Part shown: positions 54,724-64,000 of the stretch, one piece after another
How the letters are laid out: each line of letters begins with the position of its first letter
Numbering within the stretch: position 1 is the first letter of the stretch
DNA from: Pseudomonadota bacterium
Lineage (GTDB): Bacteria > Bdellovibrionota_B > Oligoflexia > Oligoflexales > CAIYRB01
Assembly (NCBI GenBank): GCA_026390435.1
Contig: JAPLFY010000039.1
Location: forward strand, 41,163 to 105,162
DNA length: 64,000 bases
Direction: 5' to 3'
Program-made: the position numbers and the translations under genes
Notes under the pieces: model-generated
Seen by the model: the letters and a program-made list of their open reading frames with translations, nothing else
What the model was told of the DNA's origin: nothing
The model's database searches: none

Positions 54724-56184
54724 ATGTTAATCCATCTACTTTACGACTGGATGCTCCGCGCCGATGTGTTGGTCGCTAGTCACGTGATCATTGCGCTAGC
54801 AGCGTCCGCGCATATTGTCCTGACTAAAGATGAGCCATATGCTGCGGTAGGCTGGGTCGGCCTGGTGTGGTTGTCACCGATTATCGGCTCAGGGTTATAT
54901 TACACTCTGGGGATCAATCGGATCAGGCGCTCTGCCGTCAGTATTATGGGTCATGACGAGGCCAAGGCGCTCGATCATGTCGCACTTAAGCAGCTAAGTC
55001 AGGCTGGCATTTTGCCCGATCCCGGCATGCGCCAACTTGCCCACGTCGGCAATCATGTTGGCGGTCTGGCCCTACTTTCTGGCAATGGAATACAGCCGCT
55101 GATCAATGGTGACGAGGCCTATCCGGCCATGCTCGCAGCGATTGCTAGTGCAAAGCAGAGCGTTATGCTCTCAAGTTATATTTTCGCCAACGATGCGATT
55201 GGCGCTGAGTTTGTGGCGGCACTAAAAAAAGCCAAGCAGAGTGGCGTTGAAGTGCGGGTGCTTGTCGATGCAACAGGGTCCAGATATTCGTTCCCCTCGA
55301 TCATCCGGCCGCTTCGGCAGGCAGGTATTAAGTGTGCTCGCTTTATGCCTAATCTGCAGCCTACGCGCATCTCTACCATAAATCTGCGTAGCCACCGCAA
55401 GATTATGGTGGTTGATGGCGTCATCGGATTCACTGGTGGAATCAATATTCGCCAGGGTAACTGCATCAAGCGTAATTTTCCCAGTCCGGTTCAAGATCTT
55501 CACTTTCGTGTGGTTGGGCCAGTGGTGGCGCATTTGCGCCAAGCCTTCACCGAGGACTGGGTATTTACGACGCGCGAGCAGCTAGCCGGTGAGATGTGGG
55601 TACCCAAGATTATGGAATTACAGGAACAACAAAACGGCATCTTGGCGCGCGGAGTTCTCGATGGGCCGGATCGCGATTTTGAAAAGACGCTGTGGACTAT
55701 ATTGGGTGCGGTCGGTGCTGCGCGGCGACGCATCAGAATCCTGACTCCCTATTTTCTTCCAGATGCCACGACGATACGTTTTCTTTGTGTGGCTGCGATG
55801 TCAGGTGTCGAGATTGATATCATTTTGCCCGAGAAAAATAATATTTTGCCAGTGCAGTGGGCTGCTATGGCTAGCTTGACATCACTGCTGCAAAAAGGGT
55901 GCCGCGTTTATTTGTCACCCCCACCATTTGATCATTCTAAGGTCATGTTAGTGGATGATGCCTGGGCTATGATTGGCTCTGCAAATTGGGATGCGCGCAG
56001 CTTGCGCCTCAATTTTGAATTTAATATTGAATGTTTCAGTCATGATTTTGCGGCGCAGATGCATGCTATTTTTGCAGCTAAGCTGGTAAATGCAAGGCCG
56101 CTAACTTTAACTGATATTCAGGCTCGATCTATGCCCATTAAATTGCGTGATGGGGTCATGCGGTTGATGGCCCCTTATCTTTGA
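54724..56184 (+). CDS. cls: Cardiolipin synthase (PLD superfamily)
   Basis: Two N-terminal TM helices precede two HKD motifs (HRKIMVVDG and HSKVMLVDD...GSANWD). Confidence 0.88.
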   Translation: MLIHLLYDWMLRADVLVASHVIIALAASAHIVLTKDEPYAAVGWVGLVWLSPIIGSGLYYTLGINRIRRSAVSIMGHDEAKALDHVALKQLSQAGILPDPGMRQLAHVGNHVGGLALLSGNGIQPLINGDEAYPAMLAAIASAKQSVMLSSYIFANDAIGAEFVAALKKAKQSGVEVRVLVDATGSRYSFPSIIRPLRQAGIKCARFMPNLQPTRISTINLRSHRKIMVVDGVIGFTGGINIRQGNCIKRNFPSPVQDLHFRVVGPVVAHLRQAFTEDWVFTTREQLAGEMWVPKIMELQEQQNGILARGVLDGPDRDFEKTLWTILGAVGAARRRIRILTPYFLPDATTIRFLCVAAMSGVEIDIILPEKNNILPVQWAAMASLTSLLQKGCRVYLSPPPFDHSKVMLVDDAWAMIGSANWDARSLRLNFEFNIECFSHDFAAQMHAIFAAKLVNARPLTLTDIQARSMPIKLRDGVMRLMAPYL

Positions 56185-56192
56185 TCCAGTAG

Positions 56193-57371
56193 TCAGGACT
56201 CGGTGACTGGAACCCAACGCTTATTTGCCGCCTCATCTGCGTCAATAGCTTGGACCCATCCACCAGATTTAATTCTTAATCTGTTGCCACGCCAATTGAT
56301 ATGGCGACTGAACGCTGCATGCAGCCAGTTCAGCGGTAACAGGAATTCTTTGAGGAGCCAGAGCAATGGGTCAAGCTTTGCTCCGTCGATGGCTTTAAGT
56401 ACGCTCATATCGCACAGCATCCAAAGTAATGCTGTGGCTAGAGATGCGAGCAGTGAGTAGGCGGGGCCCAAATTTGCAATGCCGATACCGCCAAGTGCAG
56501 CTACGATGAACATCGAATGTTGCCACTCGATGTAGAATACGCCCGGTGCCGCATATTTGCGTAGCGCGCTCCAGCGGCGATGACGCTGCCAAAATTCGCT
56601 TAGAGATTTTTCGCCGATATATTGCGTGACCGGTGTCCGCGTCATTCCCACTTTCTTGCCATAACGCTTGGTGGCCAGACCAAAAGCATAATCCTCAGAA
56701 CCGTGATCCGCCAATGCCCTCAGCCCACCGAACTTATCAGCAAACGACCTTCTGAAAAGCATGGATGATCCAATGACAAAATCCATGCGGAAGAGCTGAG
56801 CTAGCAGCTGCCACCTGATATAAAAACAGTTAATGTGTAGTTCTTCTAGACGTCCTCCCAATCCCTGGCCTTCACGGCCTCTTCTTAAGCCGGTGACTAC
56901 GCCTACGTCCGGGCGTGATGATTGAAGGAGATGCTGTATGTAGTCGGGGGAGGCGCGGATGTAGCTGTCGCTGATGAGAATCTGGTCGTAGCTCGCCCTT
57001 TCTAGCGGTCTAATCAGATTATTTACCTTTGGATTAGCGCCAACGATCTCTTCCCCTGTGATGAGTTGGGCAGGTGCATTCGGATAACGGGATAGCAATT
57101 CGGTCACCACTTTAACAGCGGGATCTCGAGCATCGGCTACAGAGAAAATGACCTCATATTTTGGATATTCAAGATTGAGGAAGCTCTCCAAGCTAGATGC
57201 CAAGCCTGGATCTACTCCTTTCAGTGGCTTAAGGATCGACACTGGTGGCTGATCTATCAGGTCGATTGGCGGTGCTTTACGCACCCACCACCAAGCCCAA
57301 ACACTCCCCGATAAAAGCAGGACCAAATTTAGGAGCCAAAGACAGAGCGCTGCGTTCTGGATCCAGATCAT
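56193..57371 (-). CDS. GT21-type (ceramide glucosyltransferase / HpnI / processive glycolipid synthase-like) membrane glycosyltransferase, paralog A
   Basis: PPVSILKPLKGVDPGL, GANPKVNNL, EDYAFG and the (Q/R)xxRW-type motif QRHRRW are present. The ATG at 57371 (GAGGG RBS 6 nt upstream) aligns with the paralog's N-terminus. Confidence 0.8.
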   Translation of the reverse strand: MIWIQNAALCLWLLNLVLLLSGSVWAWWWVRKAPPIDLIDQPPVSILKPLKGVDPGLASSLESFLNLEYPKYEVIFSVADARDPAVKVVTELLSRYPNAPAQLITGEEIVGANPKVNNLIRPLERASYDQILISDSYIRASPDYIQHLLQSSRPDVGVVTGLRRGREGQGLGGRLEELHINCFYIRWQLLAQLFRMDFVIGSSMLFRRSFADKFGGLRALADHGSEDYAFGLATKRYGKKVGMTRTPVTQYIGEKSLSEFWQRHRRWSALRKYAAPGVFYIEWQHSMFIVAALGGIGIANLGPAYSLLASLATALLWMLCDMSVLKAIDGAKLDPLLWLLKEFLLPLNWLHAAFSRHINWRGNRLRIKSGGWVQAIDADEAANKRWVPVTES

Positions 57372-57502
57372 GATTTGCCCTCGCATTTTGCTCTTAAGTA
57401 ATGAGGTATGGTATCAGGGAGCGTTCATTCGGTCATTAATTGAGGCAGTAGATTAATCTGGCATTAATATAGGCTCGGGATTTTCTGCTAGCGGGAGTAG
57501 TT

Positions 57503-58027
57503 ATGACAGTTTTGGATCGCGCCAAAAAGATCCTGCCCGAGACTTTGATCGACACCACGTTGCTACGAGTGTTTGGCCTAGTAAAGGTGCCACTGATTGG
57601 ATTTGTGCGACCAAGGGTTTTGCACGTGAGTGCTGAATCGATGAGCATGCTGATACCGCTGACGCGCCGCTCTCGCAATCATCTCAAGTCCATGTATATG
57701 GGTGCCCTGATGATTGGTGCGGATGTTGCCGCTGGTTATTACGCAGCCAAATTAATTATCGAGAAACGCTACAAAATCGACTTTGTCTTCCGCACCGCAT
57801 CGGCGCGCTTCTTGAAGCGGCCGTTAGGAGATGTGGTTTTTTCCTGTGCACAAGGCGGAGATATTGAGCGCCTGGTCGAAGCAGCTCAACAGTCTGGGGA
57901 GCGGGTGGAGGTGAAGCTCAAAATCATCGCGACGGTTCCATCCATTTCCGACGAGGTTGTGGCAGACATGGACATGGTCCTGTCACTTAAGCGTCGTAAA
58001 CCTAAAGGCACCGTAGTTGCTGGTTGA
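57503..58027 (+). CDS. Hotdog-fold protein (DUF4442 / PaaI-thioesterase-like)
   Basis: The size and pattern (...IPLTRRSRNHLKSMYMGALMIGADVAAGYYA...) resemble DUF4442/YiiD_C-type hotdog proteins. The assignment is from memory of the family and is moderately confident. Confidence 0.6.
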   Translation: MTVLDRAKKILPETLIDTTLLRVFGLVKVPLIGFVRPRVLHVSAESMSMLIPLTRRSRNHLKSMYMGALMIGADVAAGYYAAKLIIEKRYKIDFVFRTASARFLKRPLGDVVFSCAQGGDIERLVEAAQQSGERVEVKLKIIATVPSISDEVVADMDMVLSLKRRKPKGTVVAG

Positions 58028-58028
58028 C

Positions 58029-59198
58029 TCAGCCTGCCGATAACCAATCAGGTTTGGCATCTGTCTGCTCCTGTGCCGTCTGCACGCGACCACCTGAGAG
58101 CAGGCGCAACTTATTGCCTCGCCACGTTACTTGGCGGGTGACGACTGCACTTAACCATATCAAGGGCACGGTTAGTTCACGCAAAGCCCAAATTCCTAAG
58201 TTAAAACGACCACCGAGCTGACGCGAAAGGGCCAAGTCCCCGAGTATCCAGATCAAAGCTGTGGCCACTACACTAGCTACGCTGTAGGCAGTTCCTAGTT
58301 TTGACCATCCCACCCAAGCAAAAAGCAGGGTCAGGATTCCGTGATGAGCCCACTCGATGAAAAATAATCCAGGTGCCGAATATTTGCGCAGCGTACTCCA
58401 ACGACTATGTCTAAGAAAAAAGTTTTGAAAACTGCGGGCACCTACGTATTGAGTGACTGGAGCTGATACGAGTGCGATCTCTCGTCCCACTCGTCTCGTG
58501 GCCATGCCGAAGGCGTAATCTTCTGCACCCTGATTACCAAAGCGGTTGAATCCACCAAGGCGGTCGGAAAAAGAGCGTTTAAACATCATCGTTTTGCCGA
58601 GCACTAAACCAGTTCCCAATGCGTGAGACACCAGCATGGAGCGTATGTAGAAACTATTCAGATGCATTTCTTCTAGGCGGCCGCCAATGCCCTCACCACC
58701 AAGGCCGCGGATAGGGGCTGTGACTGCGCCGATATTTGCACCTGTTTCGCGCACAAGGTCTCTTAGGTAAGTTGGAGTCGCGCGAATGTTGCTGTCACTG
58801 ATGACTACGTAATCATAGCGAGCCATTGTAAGCGGCCGCACTAAGTTATTGACCTTGGGGTTAGCTCCCACTTGCTCGTCGCCCACCACGAGTCGGGCCT
58901 GCGCGTTGGGATAGCGAGCGAGGAGTTTAGTGACTACAGCGATGGCTGGATCTCCGGCCTCTGCCACTGCAAAAATAACTTCATAGTTAGGGTAATCTTG
59001 AGTCAGGAAAGTTTCTAAGCTTTGTGCGAGACCAGGATCGACTCCCTTAAGAGGTTTTAAAATCGATACTGGGGGCAACTGATTATTGTTTCTAGAAGGC
59101 GCTTTACGCAGCCACATCCAAACATAGACGCTACTACTAATGGACAACAGTGTGCTGAACATCCATAAGCACAGCGCAACATTTGATGCTGAAATCAT
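58029..59198 (-). CDS. GT21-type membrane glycosyltransferase, paralog B
   Basis: It has the same motif set as paralog A (PPVSILKPLKGVDPGL, GANPKVNNL, EDYAFG, LRHSRW). Its stop lies 1 nt from the stop of the convergent hotdog gene. Confidence 0.8.
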   Translation of the reverse strand: MISASNVALCLWMFSTLLSISSSVYVWMWLRKAPSRNNNQLPPVSILKPLKGVDPGLAQSLETFLTQDYPNYEVIFAVAEAGDPAIAVVTKLLARYPNAQARLVVGDEQVGANPKVNNLVRPLTMARYDYVVISDSNIRATPTYLRDLVRETGANIGAVTAPIRGLGGEGIGGRLEEMHLNSFYIRSMLVSHALGTGLVLGKTMMFKRSFSDRLGGFNRFGNQGAEDYAFGMATRRVGREIALVSAPVTQYVGARSFQNFFLRHSRWSTLRKYSAPGLFFIEWAHHGILTLLFAWVGWSKLGTAYSVASVVATALIWILGDLALSRQLGGRFNLGIWALRELTVPLIWLSAVVTRQVTWRGNKLRLLSGGRVQTAQEQTDAKPDWLSAG

Positions 59199-59499
59199 GA
59201 GTCTGATCCTCTGTCCGAGAGTTGCGTTGGCGAGGTGACGTCTTGAGCGCTTGCCCGGCTCACAGACTCTGATCGGTAAATCCAGTGGCGGACTTTAGGT
59301 TTACCTCAAGAATCCATTTTATCTATTTAAATACAGTCGGTTATGGATTTTAATTGAGAGTCAAATAAACTTGCTAACGATCTAAATGGGAGTCAGTCAT
59401 ACTTGGGACGTCGCTCAGCGTGTAAAGTTCCAAGATGTCGATGAGTTATAGAGAGCGGTTTGGATTTGCCGGCCATGAACTTAAGAACAGGTGATCGAA

Positions 59500-60468
59500 A
59501 TGACCCAGCAACATTCGTTTCTTACCCAGCACTTAGGCATTGAGCACCCGATCATCTGTGGGGCCATGTACCCATGCAGTAATCCGGAGCTGGTGGCGGC
59601 AGTGTCTGAAGCCGGTGGCGTTGGCGTGGTCCAGCCAATCTCTCTCACTTTTGTGCACAAGCATCAGTTCCGCGAAGGGCTGCGTTACATTAGAACGCTG
59701 ACGCAAAAGCCGATCGGCCTCAACCTGCTCATCGAAAAGTCCTCGAAGAAGTATCTCGAGAAAAACAAAGAATGGTTGGGCATTGCCCTAGAAGAGGGGG
59801 TGAAGTTTTTCATCACCGCATTGGGAAATCCAGACTGGGTCGTGCGCCGCGTTGAAGGCAGTGGAGCTCTGGTATTTCACGACACCACCGATAAGATCTG
59901 GGCGAAAAAAGCGGTCGATGCAGGAGTCCACGGCTTAATCTGTGTGAATAATCGGGCCGGCGGTCATGCCGGACAGATCTCACCAGAGAAGCTCTATAAT
60001 GACCTGGCTCCCCTGGGTCTACCACTGGTCTGTGCCGGTGGTATTGGCGACGCCGATAGCTACCACGCAGCATTAAAACTGGGCTATCAGGGAGTGCAGT
60101 TGGGGACTCGATTTATCGCCTCCACGGAATGCAGTGCGCACTCAGACTACAAGCAAGCTATCGTGAACGCAGAGGCAGCAGATATCATCCTGACACGCAA
60201 ACTTACCGGCGTACCGGTGGCTGTGATTAACACCAAATTCATGCGTGAACGTGGCTCGGAGGTCAGTGGTGTGGCCAAGTTCTTGCTTGATAATCCCCGC
60301 ACCAAACACTTCGCACGCATGTTTTACAGTGTGCGTTCCCTTTTTGAGCTGAAACAAAGCCTCGAGAAAGGCGCTGACTATAAAGAATACTTCCAGGCGG
60401 GTAAGAGCGTTGCGGGGATAGACCGCGTCGAATCCGTCGCATCCATTATCCAGGGCCTAGTTAGATAG
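59500..60468 (+). CDS. Nitronate monooxygenase / FabK-like FMN-dependent oxidoreductase
   Basis: NMO family motifs are present: IEHPIICGAMYPCSNPELVAAVSEAGGVGV and VCAGGIGD. The start may be ATG 59500 or GTG 59491. Confidence 0.75.
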   Translation: MTQQHSFLTQHLGIEHPIICGAMYPCSNPELVAAVSEAGGVGVVQPISLTFVHKHQFREGLRYIRTLTQKPIGLNLLIEKSSKKYLEKNKEWLGIALEEGVKFFITALGNPDWVVRRVEGSGALVFHDTTDKIWAKKAVDAGVHGLICVNNRAGGHAGQISPEKLYNDLAPLGLPLVCAGGIGDADSYHAALKLGYQGVQLGTRFIASTECSAHSDYKQAIVNAEAADIILTRKLTGVPVAVINTKFMRERGSEVSGVAKFLLDNPRTKHFARMFYSVRSLFELKQSLEKGADYKEYFQAGKSVAGIDRVESVASIIQGLVR

Positions 60469-60565
60469 GTTTGAGCCAAAATGTCTTTTTGCTAGCCGCT
60501 GGTCGTTCATTGCTGTTAAAAAAGAGCATCCTCAAAAGACTCATGACCCAGTTCAGGAGCTCATC

Positions 60566-61714
60566 ATGGTGCGTTTTCGGTGTACTTTAGCGGCAATTGC
60601 TTTGGCTTTTACCGCGCATCCTGTGCTCGCAGCCGATAAGCTCAAAGTTGGAGCTGTTTTCGCTCTGAGCGGCGGCCAGTCCACTTACGGTGAGGAATCC
60701 ATTAACGGCCTCGACTTGGCCCTCAGCAATCTTGCTAAGACCGACCCAGCTCTCGCCGCCAAGATCACCGTCATCCGTGAGGATGAGAAGTCGAATCCAG
60801 TTGATGCTGCCACAGCGGTTAAAAAAGTACTAAACGTCGACCAGGTCGACATCGTATTCGGTACCGTGGCTAGTTCAAACACGTTGGCGATGGTTGCTGC
60901 CGCCGTCGCTGCGGGTAAGCCACTGGTAACCCCAGCATCGACCAACCCCGAAGTGACGAAAAAGAGCCCCCTGGTCTTTCGGACCTGCTTTATCGACCCT
61001 TTCCAAGGATCCGTGTTAGCGGACTTCGCTTTACATAATCTCAGTAAGAAAAAAGCAGCCGTCCTGCTTGATCACAAGTCTGACTACTCTATGGGTCTAG
61101 CCCAATATTTCGAAGCAGCATTCAAAGCCGGCGGCGGTGAGATTGTTGCTAATGAAGCTTACGAGGCGGGTAAGAAGGACTTTAAGACGCAGCTCACCAA
61201 GATTCGCGCTCGCAGACCTGATGTGCTGCTGGTTCCCGGCTACTATCAAGAAGTGGGCCTGATCATGAAACAAGCCAGACAAATGGGCTTTCAAGTCACG
61301 ATGCTAGGTGGTGATGGTTGGGATAGTCCTACCTTGTTTGAGCTTGCTGGTGCCGAGGCTGCAAAAGACCACTACTTCTCTAGTCACTTTGCTCCCGATG
61401 ATAAAGATCCAGCGGTGCAAAAGTTTGTGAGCGATTATAAGGCTCGTTTTGGTAAGCAGCCAGGAGCGATGGCGTCCCTCGGTTATGACGGTATCTTAAT
61501 TATCGCTGATGCTTTTAAGCGTGCCGGAACGAATTCTGCTCCAGCTCTACAAAAGGCATTGGCCGAGACGGTAAATTTCCGCGGTGTCAGTGGGACCACA
61601 ACCATCAATGCGCAGCATGATGCGGTAAAAGACATTGTTATCCTTAAGACTGGGTCCACGGGCGCTACTTTTGCAGCCAAAATCGGTGTCGCTACCGGTA
61701 AGAAATCGCACTGA
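60566..61714 (+). CDS. Branched-chain amino acid ABC transporter substrate-binding protein (LivJ/K-like)
   Basis: It has a signal peptide (AIALAFTAHPVLAAD) and type I periplasmic binding protein features. It sits at the head of a liv-like operon. Confidence 0.8.
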   Translation: MVRFRCTLAAIALAFTAHPVLAADKLKVGAVFALSGGQSTYGEESINGLDLALSNLAKTDPALAAKITVIREDEKSNPVDAATAVKKVLNVDQVDIVFGTVASSNTLAMVAAAVAAGKPLVTPASTNPEVTKKSPLVFRTCFIDPFQGSVLADFALHNLSKKKAAVLLDHKSDYSMGLAQYFEAAFKAGGGEIVANEAYEAGKKDFKTQLTKIRARRPDVLLVPGYYQEVGLIMKQARQMGFQVTMLGGDGWDSPTLFELAGAEAAKDHYFSSHFAPDDKDPAVQKFVSDYKARFGKQPGAMASLGYDGILIIADAFKRAGTNSAPALQKALAETVNFRGVSGTTTINAQHDAVKDIVILKTGSTGATFAAKIGVATGKKSH

Positions 61715-61720
61715 GACAGT

Positions 61721-62605
61721 ATGAGCGAATTCCTTCAATTTCTAATCAATGGTGTGGCAGTCGGTAGCATGTATGCGCTGATTGCTCTCGGTTATACGAT
61801 GGTCTACGGGATCGTCTCGTTGATCAATTTCGCCCATGGTGAATTCATGATGATGGGCGCCTTTATCGGTGCCTTAGTTTTGCATCGGCTACAAGGGACG
61901 CCGCTCGTAGTGGCTTTGCTGATCGCTATGCTGGCCTCGGGCTTAATCGCCGTGGTGACGGAACTAGTGGCGTACAGACCACTGAGAAATCAGCCAAAGA
62001 TTTTCGTCCTGACAGCGGCAATTGCTGTGTCAGTGCTGCTGCAAAATGTCGCGCGCCTGGTGTTTGGATCCTCGGCAGTGGCCTTTCCGGCGAGTTTTCC
62101 CGAAGGTAGTATCGCCTTTGACAGCCTGGGTATTTGGATCGAATATTCTCAGCTCATCGTTCTTTGCCTTAGTTTAGTCCTGATGGTTGGGCTTTGGCTG
62201 GTGGTCAACAAGACCAAGATCGGGATGGCGATGCGAGCGACTTCTCAGGATCTTGAAGCGGCACGTCTTATGGGTATCGACACGAATCTGATCATTTCTT
62301 TTACGTTCTTTGTGGGAGCCAGTCTTGCCGGAGCGGTGGGTGTCCTTTACGGGATGCAATATTCGGTGGATCCTTTGATGGGCGTACAGCCAGGCTTGGC
62401 AGCGTTTGTTGCCGCTGTATTGGGCGGGATCGGGTCTCTGCCTGGTGCCATGATCGGTGGCGTATTGATCGGGGTGATCGAGAACTTAGTCGCGGGTTAT
62501 CTGTCGAGCACCTATCAAAGTGCGATCACCTTTTTGATTTTGATCTTAGTGTTGTCGGTCAAGCCAAGTGGTCTATTGGGCCGGATGACGGTGGTCAAGG
62601 TCTGA
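61721..62605 (+). CDS. livH: Branched-chain amino acid ABC transporter permease
   Basis: The LivH-type N-terminus FLQFLINGVAVGSMYALIALGYTMVYG is followed by a polytopic membrane region. Confidence 0.85.
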   Translation: MSEFLQFLINGVAVGSMYALIALGYTMVYGIVSLINFAHGEFMMMGAFIGALVLHRLQGTPLVVALLIAMLASGLIAVVTELVAYRPLRNQPKIFVLTAAIAVSVLLQNVARLVFGSSAVAFPASFPEGSIAFDSLGIWIEYSQLIVLCLSLVLMVGLWLVVNKTKIGMAMRATSQDLEAARLMGIDTNLIISFTFFVGASLAGAVGVLYGMQYSVDPLMGVQPGLAAFVAAVLGGIGSLPGAMIGGVLIGVIENLVAGYLSSTYQSAITFLILILVLSVKPSGLLGRMTVVKV

Positions 62606-62638
62606 GAGGCTCCGGCAGGAGCTTCATGAGGAGAGCAG

Positions 62639-63559
62639 TTGAATTTGATCTTAAATTTTCTGAGCGAACTCGGTCCCACCGTCTACTCTTCGTTAGAGCT
62701 GATCGGCGTTTATGTCATTCTCGCGCTTAGCTTAAATATGATCAATGGCATGGCCGGCATGTTTTCTATAGGACACGCTGGATTCTGGGCCGTGGGTGCC
62801 TATAGTGCTGCCGCAGTGACTGTGCACGATCCGTTTGGATTGGCTGGTCCAGCGATCTTGTTGGCTAGTATCGTAGTGGCGATGGTAGTTACTGGCATTG
62901 CCGGTTTGATTCTGGCTGTGCCCTGTTTGCGATTAGCTGGAGATTACCTGGCAATCGCGACCCTAGGGTTCGCGATCATTATTGTCACCTTACTCTACAA
63001 CTTTGACTACATGGGTGCGGCGACAGGAATCAGTACGCCAACGCATGGGGGTAAAGCCTTCGTCTGGCTCATGGTGCTGGTGACTTTGGTCGTCTATTAC
63101 CGACTGCAGTTCTCAAATTTGGGCAGAACGATCCAGGCCCTGCGCGAGGACGAGATCGCAGCACAGGCTGTAGGTATCAATCGTGTGCGCCTCAAGACAT
63201 TGGTCTTTGTGATTGGTGCCTCCATGGCCGGATTAGCCGGGGCACTTTATGCTAATTCTGCGACCTACTTGAATCCCTCGGGCTTCGAGTTCGATCAAAG
63301 CATAAAGTTGCTGACCATGGTGGTCTTAGGTGGGCTAGGATCGATCACCGGGGTCACTTTAGCCGCTATCCTGCTGACCTTGCTGCCTGAGGTTCTGCGC
63401 CTTTTCAGTCTCGAGTCTTATCAGATGATCGTGTTTTCTGTACTACTCTTGGCGATGGTGCTGCTGCGCCCACAGGGATTAATGGGGCGCTTTGAACTTT
63501 GGGATCTGCCGATTCTAAAGCGGTGGTGGCGGCCTAATGGTGCGGAGACACACGCATGA
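62639..63559 (+). CDS. livM: Branched-chain amino acid ABC transporter permease
   Basis: LivM-type pattern (LSLNMINGMAGMFSIGHAGFWAVGAY). TTG start, and the stop overlaps the next start (ATGA). Confidence 0.85.
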   Translation: MNLILNFLSELGPTVYSSLELIGVYVILALSLNMINGMAGMFSIGHAGFWAVGAYSAAAVTVHDPFGLAGPAILLASIVVAMVVTGIAGLILAVPCLRLAGDYLAIATLGFAIIIVTLLYNFDYMGAATGISTPTHGGKAFVWLMVLVTLVVYYRLQFSNLGRTIQALREDEIAAQAVGINRVRLKTLVFVIGASMAGLAGALYANSATYLNPSGFEFDQSIKLLTMVVLGGLGSITGVTLAAILLTLLPEVLRLFSLESYQMIVFSVLLLAMVLLRPQGLMGRFELWDLPILKRWWRPNGAETHA

Positions 63560-64000
63560 GTGAACGTTCCGCATCACTGTTAGTGACTGACTCTCTCGGT
63601 ATCCAATTTGGTGGACTCCGCGCTGTCGACGGTGTGCAGTTGCGCGTCGGTAGTGGTGAAGTGGTTGGACTTATAGGCCCAAACGGCGCTGGTAAAACCA
63701 CCTGTTTTAATATGATTACGGGTGTCTACAAGCCGACCTCAGGTTCTATTAGCTTGGGTGGTGAGCGCATAGACGGGATGGCGACGACTGAGATCAATCG
63801 TCGAGGGATTGCGCGTACCTTTCAGAATATCCGGCTTTTCCGCAGTATGACGGTGCTTGATAACGTGCGTGTCGCTTTGCACCGGCAAGCAGACTACGGG
63901 ATTTTTAGCTCTGTGTTACGTCTGCCTAGTTACCGGCGTGCCGAGGCTCAATTACGCAAGCGGGCCCTGGAGTTGCTGGACGTTTTTGGCTTAGTCGGGC
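63556..64000 (+). CDS. livG: Branched-chain amino acid ABC transporter ATP-binding protein, 3'-truncated by the window edge
   Basis: My translation from ATG 63556 gives MSERSASLLVTDSLGIQFGGLRAVDGV...GLIGPNGAGKTTCFNMITG (Walker A). The ORF stays open to the end of the window. Confidence 0.85.
   Translation, partial: MSERSASLLVTDSLGIQFGGLRAVDGVQLRVGSGEVVGLIGPNGAGKTTCFNMITGVYKPTSGSISLGGERIDGMATTEINRRGIARTFQNIRLFRSMTVLDNVRVALHRQADYGIFSSVLRLPSYRRAEAQLRKRALELLDVFGLVG

Noticed and set aside
58024-58221. 65-aa plus-strand ORF following the hotdog gene
   Set aside because: It lies entirely antisense within the 3' end of GT21 paralog B and has no start signals.

Overview
This is a 64-kb, densely coding stretch of a Gram-negative-type bacterial chromosome. 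GC looks moderate by eye, and the lineage cannot be determined from the sequence alone. Most of it is core genome: a 5'-truncated dabA-dabB inorganic-carbon pump pair, tRNA-Leu(UAA), rpmF-fabD, the rpsB-tsf-pyrH-frr cluster, asnS, ribD, acnA, cls, hmgA, mscL and the start of a liv-type ABC importer. Envelope and glycan modules are interleaved: an EPS-type priming transferase with a GT4; an Hsp70-like/YdjC-deacetylase/GT2/GT-C operon resembling lipid-linked aminosugar transfer pathways; a TPR-fused GT-C protein; two GT4 genes ahead of asnS; and two paralogous GT21 genes bracketing a hotdog-fold gene next to cls. There are also redox proteins (a multicopper oxidase, a small cytochrome c, and a beta-propeller fused to a di-haem peroxidase-like domain), a stand-alone GH48 hydrolase, and orphan regulators (an OmpR-type response regulator, a REC/pseudo-REC/TPR protein, and a sensor-less sigma-54 activator). 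I saw no transposase, integrase, CRISPR array or rRNA. The most unusual element is a self-contained two-gene unit at about 40.49-41.5 kb. It encodes two signal-peptide-bearing Cys/His-rich proteins; the second is a three-fold repeated, 24-cysteine, strongly acidic protein that I cannot assign to any known family.
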